In this document: piece after piece, positions 61,925 through 64,000 of the stretch
Layout: every line of letters begins with the position of its first letter
Numbering within the stretch: position 1 is the stretch's first letter
NCBI GenBank assembly: GCA_963674695.2
Contig: CAXXGI010000001.1
Coordinates: 1-64,000, forward strand
From: a bacterium
GTDB lineage: Bacteria; UBA10199; 2-02-FULL-44-16; JAAZCA01
Direction of reading: 5' to 3'
Length of the DNA stretch: 64,000 nucleotides
Made by a program: the position numbers and the translations under genes
Notes under the pieces: model-generated
What the model was told of the DNA's origin: nothing
Database searches by the model: none
Seen by the model: the letters and a program-made list of their open reading frames with translations, nothing else

Positions 61925-62018
61925 GTCATTCCCGCGAAGGCAGCCTGCCCGCCGGTTGTGTGGCGGGGGAATCTCGCTTGTAATGACCAATCGAGATCCC
62001 CGCTTTCGCGGGGATGAC
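61925..62018. repeat. REP-like palindromic element with nested module
   Basis: GTCATTCCCGCGAAGGC[AGCCTGCCCGCC...GGCGG]GGGAATCTCG...CGAGATCCCCGCTTTCGCGGGGATGAC. Confidence 0.88.
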
Positions 62019-62145
62019 AAAAGCGAAGACTCCTTTTGTTTTAGGGGGTTATGGTCAAATGAGGACATGCCCAAATCAGTTCCCACCCAAAAAAAGTATA
62101 ATTATATATATTTATACCTAATTATAACTCTTTATACATACATCA

Positions 62146-63216
62146 CTATAACGACAACATGCGGTCGAGGGCGAGCTTGGCATCGCGGGCGATCTCGGGG
62201 GGCACGGAGACCTCGTTGACCGAGCCCAGGGCCTCCAGGGTCCAGCAGAGGCTCGCCAGCGATATTTTGAACATGTTGGGGCAGAGGGAACGGGCCAGCG
62301 GCAGGACCTGTTTGTCCGGGTGGCGCTTCGCGAGCCTGGCCACCATGTTGATCTCGGTGCCGACGACGATCGTAGCGCCCGCGGGTGCGGCCTCGACCGC
62401 CTCCTTGAGATAGGCGGTGGAGCCGGATCCGTCGGCGGCGTTCACGACAGCCGGTTCGCACTCCGGGTGCACCACCACCGTGCAGCCCGCATATTTCTCG
62501 CGCGCCGCGCGCACCTGATCGACCGTGAAGAAGGTATGCACGTGGCAATACCCCTTCCAGACGATGACACGCGCGCGCTTCACATCCGCCTCGGTCACGC
62601 CGCCATCACGGAGCGTCGGATCCCAGAGGAGAATCTCGTCATCGGCAATGCCGGCGGCGATCGCGGTGTTGCGCCCGAGATTCTCGTCGGGAAGGAAGAG
62701 GATGCGATTCCTTCGTGCAAACGCCCAGTCGAAGGCCTTGCCCGACGAGGACGAGGTGCAGACGATCCCCTCGCGCGCACCGCAGAACGCCTTGATCGCC
62801 GCACTCGAGTTCATGTACGTGATCGGCGTCACATCACGGGCCAGACCGGCCGCCTCGAGCGCGCGCCAGGCTTCATTCACCTGATCGATCTCGGCCAGGT
62901 CGGCGAGCGGACAGCCGGCGGTCATGTCGGGCAGAAAAACGCGCTGTCCCTGACGCGCCAGCACCACGCTCGACTCGGCCATGAAGTGCACGCCGCAGAA
63001 GACGATCGACTGCGCCTTTGTCGCTGCCCCCTTCTTCGCGAGCTCGAAGCTGTCCCCTTCAAAATCAGCGAAGGAAACGACCTCGTCGCGCTGATAGTAG
63101 TGGCCGAGGATACAGAGCCGCTCGCCGAGCGTTTTTTTCACCGCCGCGATACGCGCACGCAGATCGTCGTCGGATTGGTCGCGATAGGTATCGGGCAAAA
63201 CCTTCTGTGTGTGCAT
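62146..63216 (-). CDS. nadA: Quinolinate synthase
   Basis: LGHYYQ, GDSFEL, FCGVHFMAES, AGCPLAD, YMNSSA, LFLPDENLG, GYCHVH, HPEC, VGTE, CPNM. Confidence 0.96.
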   Translation of the reverse strand: MHTQKVLPDTYRDQSDDDLRARIAAVKKTLGERLCILGHYYQRDEVVSFADFEGDSFELAKKGAATKAQSIVFCGVHFMAESSVVLARQGQRVFLPDMTAGCPLADLAEIDQVNEAWRALEAAGLARDVTPITYMNSSAAIKAFCGAREGIVCTSSSSGKAFDWAFARRNRILFLPDENLGRNTAIAAGIADDEILLWDPTLRDGGVTEADVKRARVIVWKGYCHVHTFFTVDQVRAAREKYAGCTVVVHPECEPAVVNAADGSGSTAYLKEAVEAAPAGATIVVGTEINMVARLAKRHPDKQVLPLARSLCPNMFKISLASLCWTLEALGSVNEVSVPPEIARDAKLALDRMLSL

Positions 63217-63277
63217 GATAATACGTCCTTTGTTTGTCATTCCGATAAAACAGAACCTGGCGGGGCTGCTGGTTATT

Positions 63278-63373
63278 GTCATTCCCGCGAAGGCGGGAAT
63301 CTCGATTTTTCAAGCACGTCGAGATTCCCGCTGGAGCCTGCCCTCGAATGATTGAATCGGGGGCGGGAATGAC
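63278..63373. repeat. REP-like palindromic element
   Basis: Near-identical to 33726-33821, including about 15 nt of left flank. Confidence 0.9.
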
Positions 63374-63382
63374 ATCAATGCT

Positions 63383-64000
63383 TCACGCATCACGCTTCAC
63401 GCGTTTGAAGAATTCCTCTTCCGAGATGATCTCGACCTTGGCGCCCTTGGCGATGAGCTTCTCGGCCTTGGCGAGCTTTGAGCCCGCGCCGCCGCCATCG
63501 CCGACGACGAGATAATCGAGATCCTTGGTCACCGACTGCGCGGCCTCGCCGCCGTTTTCCTCGACGAGTTTCTGCGCATCGCTGCGCCCCATCGTGAGGA
63601 GTTTTCCCGTGAAGAGGACGGATTGTCCGCTCAGCACGCCTTCGATGCGCGTCGGAACCCCCTCTTCGACCGTCACCTGCCGCAGCAGCTTTTCGATGAG
63701 CGGCGCGCGCATCGCAAGCCCTTGAACCACCTCGCGGGCAATCACCGGGCCGATCGTGTGGATCGCGGCGAGCTCCTCCTCGGTAAGCGCCCGCACGCGC
63801 TCGAGCGTGCCATATCCGGCGAGCACTTTGGAGACGTGTTTGCCGACCTCGCGCATGCCGAGCGCCTGCAAAAAGAGCAGCAGCGGAATCGAACGCTTTG
63901 CCTCGATGTTGGCGAGGAGTTTCTCCGCTAGCGTCTCGCCCATGCGCTCCATCGCGAGCAGTTCTTCACGCGTGAGCTCATAGATCTCGGCGGGATCGGT
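63383..64000 (-). CDS. ligA: NAD-dependent DNA ligase, C-terminal part (HhH + BRCT); 5' end outside the window
   Basis: FL.ALG.R.VG...K.LA, IGP..A, LSG.S..FTGKL..R..A...VE..GG....SVTK..DYLVVG...GSKL.KA. Confidence 0.93.
   Translation of the reverse strand, partial: TDPAEIYELTREELLAMERMGETLAEKLLANIEAKRSIPLLLFLQALGMREVGKHVSKVLAGYGTLERVRALTEEELAAIHTIGPVIAREVVQGLAMRAPLIEKLLRQVTVEEGVPTRIEGVLSGQSVLFTGKLLTMGRSDAQKLVEENGGEAAQSVTKDLDYLVVGDGGGAGSKLAKAEKLIAKGAKVEIISEEEFFKRVKRDA

Overview
A GC-rich bacterial chromosomal window. Its gene repertoire (FHA-sigma54 activator, CHASE2 cyclase, PlsB, many orphan lipoproteins) suggests a deltaproteobacterial-type lineage, which is inference only. Housekeeping blocks are pgeF-rluD-pyrD-pyrK-rimI-eno-miaA-mutL, plsB, udk, alaC, pruA-PRODH-rocD, valS-nadC, malic enzyme, amrS and nadA-ligA. 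They are interspersed with orphan genes, a lower-GC lipoprotein cluster after a tRNA-Gln locus, an ECF sigma/anti-sigma/Spy trio and a HipBA-type pair. I saw no rRNA, CRISPR array, integrase or transposase. Main non-coding signals: (1) a duplicated tRNA-Gln(CTG) locus in which short structured elements sit in the T-loop of the second copy and of an orphan T-arm; (2) a promoter-like motif (G/A)CAACTT-N12-14-GCCGATA(A) in front of seven orphan or atypical genes; (3) sigma54 promoters with shared tandem enhancer-like sites next to an FHA-domain activator; (4) a 175-bp MITE flanked by CTAG that splits an ORF6N gene; (5) a REP-like palindrome family and heptamer arrays, some inside valS and mutL; (6) a DnaA-box cluster. 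All calls come from reading motifs by eye; no database searches were run.
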